The notes under the pieces: model-generated
What the model saw: only the letters and a program-made list of their open reading frames with translations
Told to the model about the DNA's origin: nothing
The model's database searches: none
Made by a program: the position numbers and the translations under genes
Assembly (NCBI GenBank): GCA_029838195.1
Contig: JALGVJ010000036.1
Coordinates: forward strand, 1 to 64,000
DNA length: 64,000 nt
Reading direction: 5' to 3'
From: Promethearchaeota archaeon
GTDB lineage: Archaea; Asgardarchaeota; Lokiarchaeia; Sigyniarchaeales; SOKP01
Part shown: one piece after another, positions 1 to 9,965 of the stretch
How the letters are laid out: every line of letters begins with the position of its first letter
Position numbering within the stretch: the stretch's first letter is position 1

Positions 1-346
1 ATTATTTATTTCATGCATCAATACCATGGCGTGATATCGCACCTTTTGTTTAGCATGTTTTTCTTTTTTGTATAAACGGACTAATTCCTCGTAATTAGGA
101 GAAAAACGGGTGATGGAGAGAGGTTTCATGTAAAAAAAAGGGGGAAAAGGGCTAATAGAACCTTGTAATATGTAGGTGATATAAGAGAAAAGATTTTAAG
201 AAAGCGAAGTTAATTTATGCATTATAAATATTTATTTCAAAAGCATGGGAAAAAATATATACAATCATGGATTTAATACAACTAATTTTAAACCGGCAAA
301 TTTTATAAGAGAAATTTCAATATCAAATCAGTTTTCTTTATTTCCT

Positions 347-871
347 ATGGAAAGCAGGATTGTTTTATTAGGCATGGACATGCCGGTCCCAGATCCTAAT
401 AGTTCCGCCCCCTCGGTTGCAATAATCACGGGAAATTTTTCTTATATCGTGGATTGTGGACCAGGTATCGTGAGAGATGCCGTCCACACAAGCAAGAAAT
501 TTGGATTGAAAGGCCTGCTCCCTAAAAATTTAAGAACACAAATTCTTACTCATCTCTATGGTGATCACACCGTTGGAAATTCTGATCTCATTTTAACGCC
601 TTGGGTGGTAAGGAGAAACAAGTCATTAAAAGTAATAGGCCCTAAAGGAACTCTCGATATGACAAAACAACTTCTTGAAGCTTATAAAGAAGATATTAAG
701 GAGAGGATTAATGGATTAGAACATTGTATTGATCGGGGATGCCACGTGAAAGCAAAAGAAATCACGCCGGGAATCGTCTTCGAGGATAATCGTCTCAAGG
801 TCGAAGCTTTCGAAGTAAATCACGGCTCTTGGCCATCCTTTGGCTTAATATTAGAAGTAGATTATAATTAA
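347..871 (+). pseudogene. MBL-fold metallo-hydrolase (RNase Z/AtsA-like), degenerate and C-terminally truncated
   Basis: RIVLLGMDMPVPDP..VDCGPG..THLYGDHT..V.GPKG..VNHGSW match the family. The HxHxDH motif reads HLYGDH, LGTG reads LGMD, and the ORF stops before the expected SGDT motif. Likely start is ATG 347. Confidence 0.7.
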
Positions 872-936
872 ATTTACCCTTAGTTTTCAATTAATTTAAA
901 GGAAAAGGATAGCAAGAAAAATAGATAAAAAAAGAA

Positions 937-1551
937 TTAGGTTCCTTCTATTGCCTTACCAGAAAGCCTTTTATAATGATTCAATACAGCTTGTCGAGTT
1001 GCATACACAAATGCTCGCTTCACGTTAACGCCCGTTATGGCAATCGTTTCGTAGATCAACGTGTGGTTTAACTTTGCCGTGTCCAATACCTTTCTAATTT
1101 TCGAAATTTCCACGATATCATCCAAATCTCGTTTGTTTGCCAATACAACCATGGGAACATCAGGAGGCTCCGTAATGCTCGGAGGAATTAATCTATCACC
1201 ATAAAATTTCAAGAGCTCTTTTAAAGACCAGATATTCTCTTCCCATTGATCGATGAGCGAATCCCAGACGAAAACCACGGCATCCGTGCCTTTTAACACG
1301 GTTTGCCTCTGATATTTATGGCGTCGTTGCCCGGCCACGGTATATACTTGAAATACAACATTAGAGACTCTTGCGACTACCCGGTCGAAGAATAAAGTGC
1401 GTCCAGTCGGGTCTTGTATGGATTGCATCTCACCGCTTGCTAAACCTTCTTTATGGTAAATCCATTCAAGTGCAGTGGTTTTACCGCCCAAACTGGGACC
1501 GTAGAAACATACTTTAAAAACGAGCGTTCCATCGCCTCTCCGACTTGGCAT
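937..1551 (-). CDS. MglA-like small GTPase
   Basis: G1 GPSLGGKTT, MglA signature RTLFFD, G3 TVAGQ (MglA has TVPGQ), G4 NKRD. Confidence 0.9.
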   Translation of the reverse strand: MPSRRGDGTLVFKVCFYGPSLGGKTTALEWIYHKEGLASGEMQSIQDPTGRTLFFDRVVARVSNVVFQVYTVAGQRRHKYQRQTVLKGTDAVVFVWDSLIDQWEENIWSLKELLKFYGDRLIPPSITEPPDVPMVVLANKRDLDDIVEISKIRKVLDTAKLNHTLIYETIAITGVNVKRAFVYATRQAVLNHYKRLSGKAIEGT

Positions 1552-1811
1552 CTAGCACAAACCTCCAGAGAATTTAGTTTTATCATTCATGAATGAAAAC
1601 CTTACAAATGCATGAAGTTAAGAGTTAGAAATAAAATGATTCTATAAACTTTCAAATATAATAAATTTATAAAAGTTCACTAATTTAAATATGATGGATT
1701 AGTAAACGAGGAATGTGGTCTAAATTTTTGTCCGATTTTCATATTTTCGAAAGACTTTTCATGGATTTAAAATTCCCGCATTTAGGTACGCTAATAATGG
1801 TTGAAGATTAC

Positions 1812-2726
1812 ATGACAAATAATCTAAAAAAAATAGCGGTTATTGGGATGAGACATGATTTAGGTCAAAATCGCAGGGGCGTGGATATGGGACCGAGTGC
1901 CATACGTTTTGCGAATTTGAACCCACAATTAAAGGAACTGGGTTTTGAAATTCAAGATCATGGTGATATTAATTGTTGCACGTTTGAAACGGGTATCATG
2001 GGAGATCCCAAAGCCCGCTTTCTTCATGATATCGTTAAACATTGTAGTGAATTAAGAGATCACGTGAGAGAAGTAGTTAGTGAAAATTTTTTTCCTCTAA
2101 TTTTAGGAGGAGATCATTCAATTACCATGGGGGTGATAGCAGGAGTGGTTTCGCATTTTCGAGACATTGGGTTGATTTACATGGATGCGCATGGGGATTT
2201 TAACACTCCTGAGACGAGCCCCACGGGAAATATTCATGGCATGAGCTTGGCGGCCATTACGGGAAGAGGCCATTCTTTATTAACGAATCTTGCTGGAAAA
2301 GTGCCCATGATAGAAGATAATCGCGTGGTCCTTTTAGGAGTTCGAAAATTAGATTCGGAAGAAAAACGGAATTTAAGAGAAAGTGATATTACGGTATTTA
2401 CCATTAAGGATATTGATGAGCGAGGAATTTCGGAGGTAATGAAAGAAGCTATAACAATAGTATCACGTAATTCACCGGTAAAGAAATTTCATTTTAGCTT
2501 GGACGTGGATAGTATCGAGCCTTCCGTAGCACCAGGAACGGGTACCACGGTTTCAGGGGGTCTTACTTATAGAGAAGCGCACTTAGCATGTGAATTAATT
2601 GCTGAAAGTAAAAAAATGATTTCGATGGATGTCGTGGAAGTAAATCCTATTTTAGATTTAGCCAACCAGACGGGAAAGCTTGCGGTAGAATTAATTTTGA
2701 GTTCCTTGGGAAAACGGATTCTATGA
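1812..2726 (+). CDS. rocF: Arginase
   Basis: GVDMGPSAIR, GGDHS, DAHGDFNT, GNIHGM, SLDVDSIEP, EVNP. The ORF is open from 1713, but similarity begins near ATG 1812. Confidence 0.92.
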   Translation: MTNNLKKIAVIGMRHDLGQNRRGVDMGPSAIRFANLNPQLKELGFEIQDHGDINCCTFETGIMGDPKARFLHDIVKHCSELRDHVREVVSENFFPLILGGDHSITMGVIAGVVSHFRDIGLIYMDAHGDFNTPETSPTGNIHGMSLAAITGRGHSLLTNLAGKVPMIEDNRVVLLGVRKLDSEEKRNLRESDITVFTIKDIDERGISEVMKEAITIVSRNSPVKKFHFSLDVDSIEPSVAPGTGTTVSGGLTYREAHLACELIAESKKMISMDVVEVNPILDLANQTGKLAVELILSSLGKRIL

Positions 2727-2904
2727 CTCTGGTGGTTTGAAATTGCTTGTTATAAATTTTTTGATATAAGATTATTACTAATCAAAACCATTTTACATGA
2801 TTAAAAAATACATTTTAACCATGTTTTATTCTTTTTTTTTGATCAGATTTCATTTCACGTTTTTAAAAGGATAAAAATTATTACCATAAAAAACCAAGAT
2901 TAAT

Positions 2905-3321
2905 ATGATGAAACGTAAGGAACAATACGAAAGGAAATTGGATTTCATCTTGGAAAAAATAACACATTTACCTGAAAAACCAGAAGAGAATGAATTCTAT
3001 ATTGACGCTTTGTTTTATCGTTTTCAAATTTCAATTGAAGCCGCTATGGATATCATTGCGATGTTATGTAAGGATTTGGGGATAAGAGTAAAAGATGATT
3101 ACTCTAATATAGACGAGTTAGAGAAATTAAAAATATTTGATCCTCAACATTTAAAGGAATTACGCAAATTGAATGGATTGAGAAATGTGATCGTTCATAA
3201 ATATAATAAAATAAATGAACATTTAATTCTTGAAAATACTAAACAGATTTTAAAGACATTAGACAATTTTATTAAAAACGTAAAAAAAATTATAAATGAA
3301 AAAATCAAAATCTCTGAGTGA
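2905..3321 (+). CDS. HEPN (DUF86/HepT-like) RNase toxin
   Basis: RNVIVHKY fits RX4HXY; 138 aa; overlaps the MNT gene. Confidence 0.88.
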   Translation: MMKRKEQYERKLDFILEKITHLPEKPEENEFYIDALFYRFQISIEAAMDIIAMLCKDLGIRVKDDYSNIDELEKLKIFDPQHLKELRKLNGLRNVIVHKYNKINEHLILENTKQILKTLDNFIKNVKKIINEKIKISE

Positions 3322-3730
3322 AATAGAGAAAGATCTGGCATATTTAAAAAACTTTTGGACGGTTCTTTTTGGTAGTTATGTTAGCAAGGACTGGATTCCT
3401 GGAAGATCAGATATAGACGTGGCTATAATAACAAGAATTAAAGATCGTCAAAAAAATCTTGAAATTTGGTCAAGCTTGTTAGAAAAACAACATTATCATG
3501 ACTACGATTTGAAGATTTTTGAATTGATGCCATTATATTTACAAATTGAGATTATTAAGAACTATAAAGTGTTATTTGGAGATGCTCTTGAAATATCGGA
3601 ATATTTTTATCATTATAGGAAGCTCTGGAAGGACATGGAATATCGATATGAATCAAATCAATTTAAAAATCTTGAAGAAAAACTTAAATTGATGAAAAAT
3701 CGTAAAAATTTTATTTCTAACCTCAATTGA
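3296..3730 (+). CDS. Minimal nucleotidyltransferase (MntA-like antitoxin)
   Basis: LFGSY....GRSDIDVA fits the GS..DxD motif; 144 aa. Confidence 0.88.
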   Translation: MKKSKSLSEIEKDLAYLKNFWTVLFGSYVSKDWIPGRSDIDVAIITRIKDRQKNLEIWSSLLEKQHYHDYDLKIFELMPLYLQIEIIKNYKVLFGDALEISEYFYHYRKLWKDMEYRYESNQFKNLEEKLKLMKNRKNFISNLN

Positions 3731-3749
3731 GGAAATCTAATCCCCCCCA

Positions 3750-3981
3750 AGGCTTTTGCATGTCCAATACCAAAATCCCGGGTTTGAACAACTCAAACAA
3801 TGGGTTACCTAATTCCAAGACCAGTTTTAACGGTAGAATCGATTTGTTCTACCGTAGTCAAGCCCTTAGATATCATCTCCTATATCATCACGATCATTAC
3901 TTTCTGTAATCGAATTGCCATGAAGTAACTCATGAACTCTTTTAACACGACAGGTCTCTTGCCTAATTTTTCTAAAATGAT
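3750..3981 (-). pseudogene. 3-hydroxyacyl-CoA dehydrogenase C-terminal relic
   Basis: Manual minus-strand translation gives IILEKLGKRPVVLKEFMSYFMAIRLQKVMIVMI*EMISKGLTTVEQIDSTVKTGLGIR*PIV*VVQTRDFG. This resembles the 3HCDH C-domain (GK.PV....GF.ANRLQ...G.....ID..VK.GLG.R.P..G...T.DF) with three in-frame stops. Confidence 0.75.
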
Positions 3982-5133
3982 TCAATCAGGAACGTGTATG
4001 GGATACTTGCCATATTTATTTTTCACGCCAATGTAAGCCAGATATCTATCGAGGGTGACGGCGGGATTGATGGAATGTCCGGAAGAAAATATATAACCAC
4101 CTCCAGGAGCGAGTTCCCGAATCAATCTTTTAGAGTATTCTTCAATTTCCGAGATTTCGCCAGTTGCAAGCATGACAGGGGATACATTTCCCACAAAAGT
4201 AATATTATCTCCATATTTCTGGTTTAATTTGAAAATATCGTATTCAGGGTTTGCAGTCGTCGGTTCGATTGGGTTTAAAGCATCCACACCACAGGCAATA
4301 ATATCTTCAAAAATTTCGGTGAGATCTCCATCTGAGTGCAGCAATATCTTGCAATCCTTTTTATGTGCTGCCTCACAGATTCGTTTTAACCAAGGAAATA
4401 CGTAGGTTCGATAATTTCGAGGGCTCATGAAAAGGCCATTTTTAAAACCGTAATCATCCCATAATAAAATTAGTTTTGCCTCCAATTCACCTAATATTTT
4501 TACCACTTCCAGCGCGAATTTACCTCGTTCATCGAAAATTGCTTTTGCTTGCTTTGATTTAGCAATAACACGTGAAAAGGTTTCTATTCCAAAACATTCC
4601 CATGAAACCTCCATTAAAGCTGCGGTTGAGGGCACGGCAAAAATCTCATCATTCATTTTTTTTTGGACTTCCTTACCCGCTATAAATCCGTTTACTCTTC
4701 CTTCCCATTGGGGATCTGGGTGCTCCCAACTCTCGAAATCTTCAAAATTTTTGAAGTACCCTCCCACGTATCCATAAATAATCGTTCCATCTTTTTCATA
4801 AATTTCATTACGCATCATTCTTCCAAATTCATCCACGATAATCCCGCCACCGAGCACCTTACGGGGAAAAAGGGAGCTAATGGAAAGCACGATATCCATT
4901 CCCACGCGGCGGGCAAATTCGTACGTTTTTTTATATCCCGATTTTAAAATGCGCTTGCTCCCCGATAATTTTTTCAGCATTTTTTCGGGTAATTTTGGGA
5001 TGCTAGTTAGACTACCTGGTTCAACTCCAAAATGCTTCATTATAGTATTATTTGTAAATGCACTTTCGAAGTAAGGAACTTTATCAGGCTCTTCATGATT
5101 GATGGTTTTTATAACTCTTTCTTCCGCATTCAT
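3982..5133 (-). CDS. Uroporphyrinogen decarboxylase / MtaA-CmuA methyltransferase family protein
   Basis: N-terminal ERV....HEEPDKVP, then WDDYG....FMSP, LHSDG, LNPIEP, GNVS, GGGYIFSSGHSI. Confidence 0.85.
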   Translation of the reverse strand: MNAEERVIKTINHEEPDKVPYFESAFTNNTIMKHFGVEPGSLTSIPKLPEKMLKKLSGSKRILKSGYKKTYEFARRVGMDIVLSISSLFPRKVLGGGIIVDEFGRMMRNEIYEKDGTIIYGYVGGYFKNFEDFESWEHPDPQWEGRVNGFIAGKEVQKKMNDEIFAVPSTAALMEVSWECFGIETFSRVIAKSKQAKAIFDERGKFALEVVKILGELEAKLILLWDDYGFKNGLFMSPRNYRTYVFPWLKRICEAAHKKDCKILLHSDGDLTEIFEDIIACGVDALNPIEPTTANPEYDIFKLNQKYGDNITFVGNVSPVMLATGEISEIEEYSKRLIRELAPGGGYIFSSGHSINPAVTLDRYLAYIGVKNKYGKYPIHVPD

Positions 5134-5336
5134 GGTGTGATTTTACTTTCGGAATTATTTAAAAATTCTCAATTTTTTAGATGATATATTTTCATTAAAT
5201 ATAAAATATAAAATTAAGGAAAATGAAATTATATATTAAAAGAATTTAATTCTTTTTTAAAATTAATTCATGAAGTGAAAATTAAAAAAATCCACTGAAA
5301 AACTAATTTTTTGTAAAAAAAAACGTGATAAATTAA

Positions 5337-6473
5337 ATGGAAAAAACAGAATTATATGAACGGTTAAGAAAACTGCTCAGTACGGGAAAAAGTGTTATCG
5401 GCCTTCCAAAACATCCCATTACTCAAGTTTTATTAGAAAACATGTACATAGAAGATGAGGCTACTCTTATAGTTAGCGCATTTAAAAAATGCGGAGAGCC
5501 TCTTAGTTTACGAGCATTATCTAAAGCTTCCGGCATGCCTAAAGAGGATTTGAAGAAAAAATTGGAAGACATGTATTATAAGGGAAAATTAATGAAGGTA
5601 GGAACTCTTTACATGGTTTTGCCCTATCTTCCTGGTGGCTTTGAGGTGTATTTTACGCTTCACCGGGATGATCCAGAACGCATGAAAAAAGCAGCAGAAG
5701 CACATGCAAAATTGGGAAAGTTGGGGTTATCATTTGAGTTAAGTGCGAGTTCTTACCCCGTGTATAGAGTTATTCCCGCCATTCAGCCTACAGAGCGATT
5801 AATTGAAATTTCTGAAGGATCTGAAGTAAAATATCAGGTTTTACCTCATGAAATCTTAAGAGAATATCTTGCTAAAGCCAAACCTCCAATCTATTCTGTC
5901 GTGCCTTGTAGTTGCCGAACGGCAGCGAAATTAGCGGGACATCCTTGTAAGAGAACGGATGAAAACTTTTGCATCGCTACGGGCATGTTAGCTAAAACCA
6001 CGTTGGATCAAGGCGTTGGTAAAGAAGTTACTCTTGAAGAACTATTATCCATCATGGAAAAAGCTGAAAAAGAAGGATTAGTACATGAAACGTTTAATAT
6101 GCAGGATACCGCCATGTTCGTATGTAACTGCTGCTCTTGCTGTTGTGGATTCTTAAAATCGGTAAAAGAACACAAAAATTACGGATCTATTATTAAATCG
6201 AATTTTGAGCCCAGAATTCTTCAAGATGCATGCAATTTATGCGAAAGTTGCATCAGAATGTGCCCGATGGAAGCCATTTACCATCATTGGCCCCATGAAG
6301 CGGATTTATCGGATAACATGATAATTATCCGCAAGGAAGTCTGCATTGGATGCGGAATTTGTGCGTCAAATTGCCCTTCGAACGCCATCGTATTAGAAAA
6401 AGTTAGAAATTATATTCCCGTGATAAATCAAGCAGAATTAACGGAAAAAAGAGCCATGGAGAAATTTCATTAA
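5337..6473 (+). CDS. 4Fe-4S dicluster protein with N-terminal HTH-like region
   Basis: CSCR, CNCCSCCC, and two ferredoxin motifs (CNLCESCIRMCP, CIGCGICASNCP). Confidence 0.85.
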   Translation: MEKTELYERLRKLLSTGKSVIGLPKHPITQVLLENMYIEDEATLIVSAFKKCGEPLSLRALSKASGMPKEDLKKKLEDMYYKGKLMKVGTLYMVLPYLPGGFEVYFTLHRDDPERMKKAAEAHAKLGKLGLSFELSASSYPVYRVIPAIQPTERLIEISEGSEVKYQVLPHEILREYLAKAKPPIYSVVPCSCRTAAKLAGHPCKRTDENFCIATGMLAKTTLDQGVGKEVTLEELLSIMEKAEKEGLVHETFNMQDTAMFVCNCCSCCCGFLKSVKEHKNYGSIIKSNFEPRILQDACNLCESCIRMCPMEAIYHHWPHEADLSDNMIIIRKEVCIGCGICASNCPSNAIVLEKVRNYIPVINQAELTEKRAMEKFH

Positions 6474-6580
6474 TAAACCGATATTATTACATCCTTTTTT
6501 TTTAATTAATTTTCAAGCCAACGTTTCATTTTTCTTAAAAAAAAGTTATTTTATAAACTCGTGTTCAGTAGAAGTTCCCT

Positions 6581-7280
6581 TTAACTCGCATTGTTATCAT
6601 TATCGTTATCCTTGGAATGATTTAGTACTTCTAAATTTTCTTCTGATTTACCAGCTTCTTCTTCCTTACCCTTTAAATTTGATTTAGAATCAATGCTTTC
6701 TTTTCCTTCTTGTTCATGCACTTCTAACACTTCGGGTAAAATGCTTGCAATTAAATCATCATTATTTTTAAAAACAGACAATCTACCCCTCAATTCCGTG
6801 AGAAAAATAGGCAATTCTTGGGCGTATTTTTGTTCAAAGGCTTCAATGAACTGGCGTAATCTATCATATAAGTATACCGAAGGACTTTTATTTAGAATTA
6901 AAGTAGCGCGAATATAATTTCCATCAGCCAATAACAAGACTTTTTCTTTATATTTAATTTCATTCAATTCATCCTTGATCTTCAATTCTTGTCCAAAAGA
7001 AGAAATGGCCGTTAAGAAACCCGTGAGTAAATTGGGATCTATGATTTCAAGCTTGAAATCCTTTGAAAAAATGCAAAGCCCCGCTTCTTTATGGAGGTTG
7101 TCCTTCTTCCGTTGTGCCATCACTTGAGCCTCCTCCGCCTCCACCCCCGCTACTTCCTCCTCCACTGCTGGAGCATCCTCCATCTCTTACATTAGGATTA
7201 TATCCATAGTAGAATTCAATTTCCATGGTGGAATAATGATAAGAACCCGGATTTGGAGAACTATAAGCTATAAAACTAAA
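6581..7280 (-). pseudogene. Remnant of a surface/membrane protein with cytoplasmic longin-like domain
   Basis: ORF 6581-7183 carries HKEAGLCIF..DPNLLTGFLTAISSFGQEL..I.YKE..L...G.YI, a longin-like module. A second frame just upstream reads FSFIAYSSPNPGSYHYSTMEIEFYYGYNPNVRDGGCSSSGGGSSGGGGGGSS (ectodomain end plus GS linker). No TM helix lies between them. Confidence 0.55.
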
Positions 7281-7364
7281 TAATGATGGAATAAAAGAAA
7301 AAAAAAGGAAAAAAGTGCGGTAATTTATTTAGAGTTATAGGTTTTTATATAAAAAAAATTTGGT

Positions 7365-8099
7365 TTAAGTTTCTTTTAATAAGCGCTTCTTGATGAAATT
7401 GGGCAAGAAAAAGCTTAAATAGAATTCGACTGCACTTAGCATTAAGACCAAGCGAATAATGACAATAAGGGCGGTTCCGAGGGAAAACAGTCCGGCATCA
7501 AATATCCCTGCGATGAAAAATGAAATCCAAGCGATAATGATGAATTTTCCTTTCAATCTAATTTCTTGATCGGTTGATTTCAATGATTCTAATCCAAAAG
7601 AAATTCCTGCGAGGACGCCAATGATTAAAACGATTAAGACATATAGCAAAAACGGAAGGTTTAATTCATCGTTAAATAATCCCACTTTTGACCCGATAAC
7701 CGAAACGTCAGTAATAACATAATATATGAAAATAATTTCATATATAATTCCTTGAAGGATGATAATGAATGTAATGATTTTTTGTTTGCTAGGATATTTC
7801 AAATTGAGATATATTATTAACCAAAAGATTAATGCAATGGGAATCCAAAAATAGCTCAAGAAGAGGTATTGTGTTTCGGTAAGAGGAGTGCCCCTTAGTA
7901 AAACGGATATAAATTCTGTTCCGTTGCTCGTCCAAGGCGAACTAAGTGCTATCCATGCGATTCCCGCATAAATGAACGATTTCTGCTTGAATGCCCGGTA
8001 TTTGAGTAATAATTTGATTCCTATGATCCATGAAACTATGATAAACAATAGTGCTAAAAATCCATTTGTAAATTCTTGCCCACTCATTTGAATAGCCAT
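7365..8099 (-). CDS. Seven-TM integral membrane protein of unknown function
   Basis: About seven hydrophobic segments; AGGTGA SD upstream of the ATG. Confidence 0.75.
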   Translation of the reverse strand: MAIQMSGQEFTNGFLALLFIIVSWIIGIKLLLKYRAFKQKSFIYAGIAWIALSSPWTSNGTEFISVLLRGTPLTETQYLFLSYFWIPIALIFWLIIYLNLKYPSKQKIITFIIILQGIIYEIIFIYYVITDVSVIGSKVGLFNDELNLPFLLYVLIVLIIGVLAGISFGLESLKSTDQEIRLKGKFIIIAWISFFIAGIFDAGLFSLGTALIVIIRLVLMLSAVEFYLSFFLPNFIKKRLLKET

Positions 8100-8326
8100 A
8101 TAATCACCTTAAAGTTTTTAATTAATAGTAAATTTGAGATAAAATTTCTTGTTTTTATTATTATGCTTTACGATAATTATTTAAGTGATTAGCATGAGAA
8201 ATGTAAGGAATGAATTTTAATTCCAGATGATAAAAGCTTATATTGTGAGAAAAAATTCTAAAAAATAATTATTAAAAAATTGTAAAAAAATAAACAGAAT
8301 TATATAATAAGAAAGAATAAAAAAAG

Positions 8327-9790
8327 TTAGTTACTTGCCCTTTTCTTTAATAATTCAAACGGAATTTTAAAATCTTTTGGAAAGGGTGATATATATTTCT
8401 TATCTTTAAATGTTTCCTCAAATTCTCTTTTTGCCTTCTCCACGTAATCGGGTTTATTCATGAAATCTAAGGCTGTTAAAGCCATGATTTTTGCAGCGGC
8501 TAACATTCCTTTATGACCGATACTCATTCCTGATGTTGCCGCAGCTTGCCAAGAATGCCCAGGAGAGCCCATTGCATGACAGGCTGTTGAAAATTCTCCG
8601 AGAGGAGTAACCCAAGAAACGTCCGCAACATCCGTGGATCCCGGTAATACTTGTCCTTTACCTAAAGGGGGTAATAAAATCGGGCATAAGGGCTCTGAAA
8701 AGAGTTTCCGTGCCATTTCCTTCAGATTTTCCGGAATGAATTTCATGTAGCCTTCCATCGAATTTGGGGGGATCGTTTTATTAATTTCCTTGGCAAATTT
8801 TTGCTCTTCTTTATTAAAACGAGGAGGGCCAACAATTTTTATGTTTTCCTGTAATACGGAACTTATAAAATCATTATGGATGGGATTATAAGTGCCACTT
8901 AGGAAATTTACTTTAAGTTCTGTTTCTGTCATCAAAGCAGCGCCTTCGGCGATTTTTAGCAGCCATTGATAAATTTCTTCCACTTGATATCTTTCTGGAG
9001 CGCGTACAAAATAGTATACTTCAGCTTCCGCAGGTACCACGTTTGGTGCTTTTCCTCCATTGGTTATGATATAATGAAGGCGTGCATCAGGAATTACATG
9101 TTCTCGCATGTAATTTGCACCCACATTCATTAGTTCTACAGCATCTAAAGCGCTTCGCCCATTAAATGGATCTCCGGCAGCATGAGCAGTTCTTCCATAA
9201 AAACTAAAGATAACAGAGTTCATTGCCAATGCGGACATTGTTCCAACAGCGTTAAAATTAGCAGGGTGCCATGTTATGGCGATATCAACATCTTTAAAGG
9301 CGCCACCCGGTTCTACCATGTAGCCCTTTGCGTTATAGATCTCTTCAGCCGGACAGCCATAATATCGAATGGTACCTTTAGCCTCACCATTATCGATTGC
9401 CTCTTTGATTGCGAGAACGGCTCCCAAGCTTCCAGTTCCCAGGAGATTATGCCCACAGCCGTGTCCTGGAGCCCCCTCTTTTAAAGGTTCCTTATAGGGC
9501 ACAGCTTTTTGGCTTAGACCTGGTAAGGCATCATATTCGCCTAAAATTGCAATTACGGGTTTTTCTTCGCCATAGGAAGCAACAAAAGCCGTGGGGATAT
9601 CTGCAATTTCCTTTTCTATTTTAAATCCGGCATTTTTTAAAGTATTAGATAACAACTCGGCAGATTTATATTCTTCAAAGCCTAATTCAGCATATTCCCA
9701 GATCTTATCGGATATTTCAATAAGTTTTTCACGATTATTTTTAATCCATCGGGCATATTTTTTTTTAATATTTTTTAATTCAGTCGTCAT
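8327..9790 (-). CDS. abgB: M20 amidohydrolase, aminobenzoyl-glutamate utilisation protein B family
   Basis: EYDALPGL, GHGCGHNLLG, GCPAEE, WHP, GRSALDAVELM, GSTDVADVSW. Confidence 0.88.
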   Translation of the reverse strand: MTTELKNIKKKYARWIKNNREKLIEISDKIWEYAELGFEEYKSAELLSNTLKNAGFKIEKEIADIPTAFVASYGEEKPVIAILGEYDALPGLSQKAVPYKEPLKEGAPGHGCGHNLLGTGSLGAVLAIKEAIDNGEAKGTIRYYGCPAEEIYNAKGYMVEPGGAFKDVDIAITWHPANFNAVGTMSALAMNSVIFSFYGRTAHAAGDPFNGRSALDAVELMNVGANYMREHVIPDARLHYIITNGGKAPNVVPAEAEVYYFVRAPERYQVEEIYQWLLKIAEGAALMTETELKVNFLSGTYNPIHNDFISSVLQENIKIVGPPRFNKEEQKFAKEINKTIPPNSMEGYMKFIPENLKEMARKLFSEPLCPILLPPLGKGQVLPGSTDVADVSWVTPLGEFSTACHAMGSPGHSWQAAATSGMSIGHKGMLAAAKIMALTALDFMNKPDYVEKAKREFEETFKDKKYISPFPKDFKIPFELLKKRASN

Positions 9791-9965
9791 GGTTTAAATT
9801 CATTTATTTTATCTTATTTAAGTTGATAAAAAGGATATTAATACTCAATTAATGAATAACCCGTGTTAAAGTAATGCATTTTCGCGAAAAAAAGAAAGAA
9901 AAAGGAACATCAATTCTTACTTAAAAGAATGGAGCGATTGTTTCGTGTATCGAAATAATTGGAAT

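Noticed and set aside
3727-3909. 60-aa plus-strand ORF
   Set aside because: Shadow of the minus-strand 3HCDH relic.
7365-8099. Rhodopsin
   Set aside because: No Lys in helix 7 and no rhodopsin motifs.
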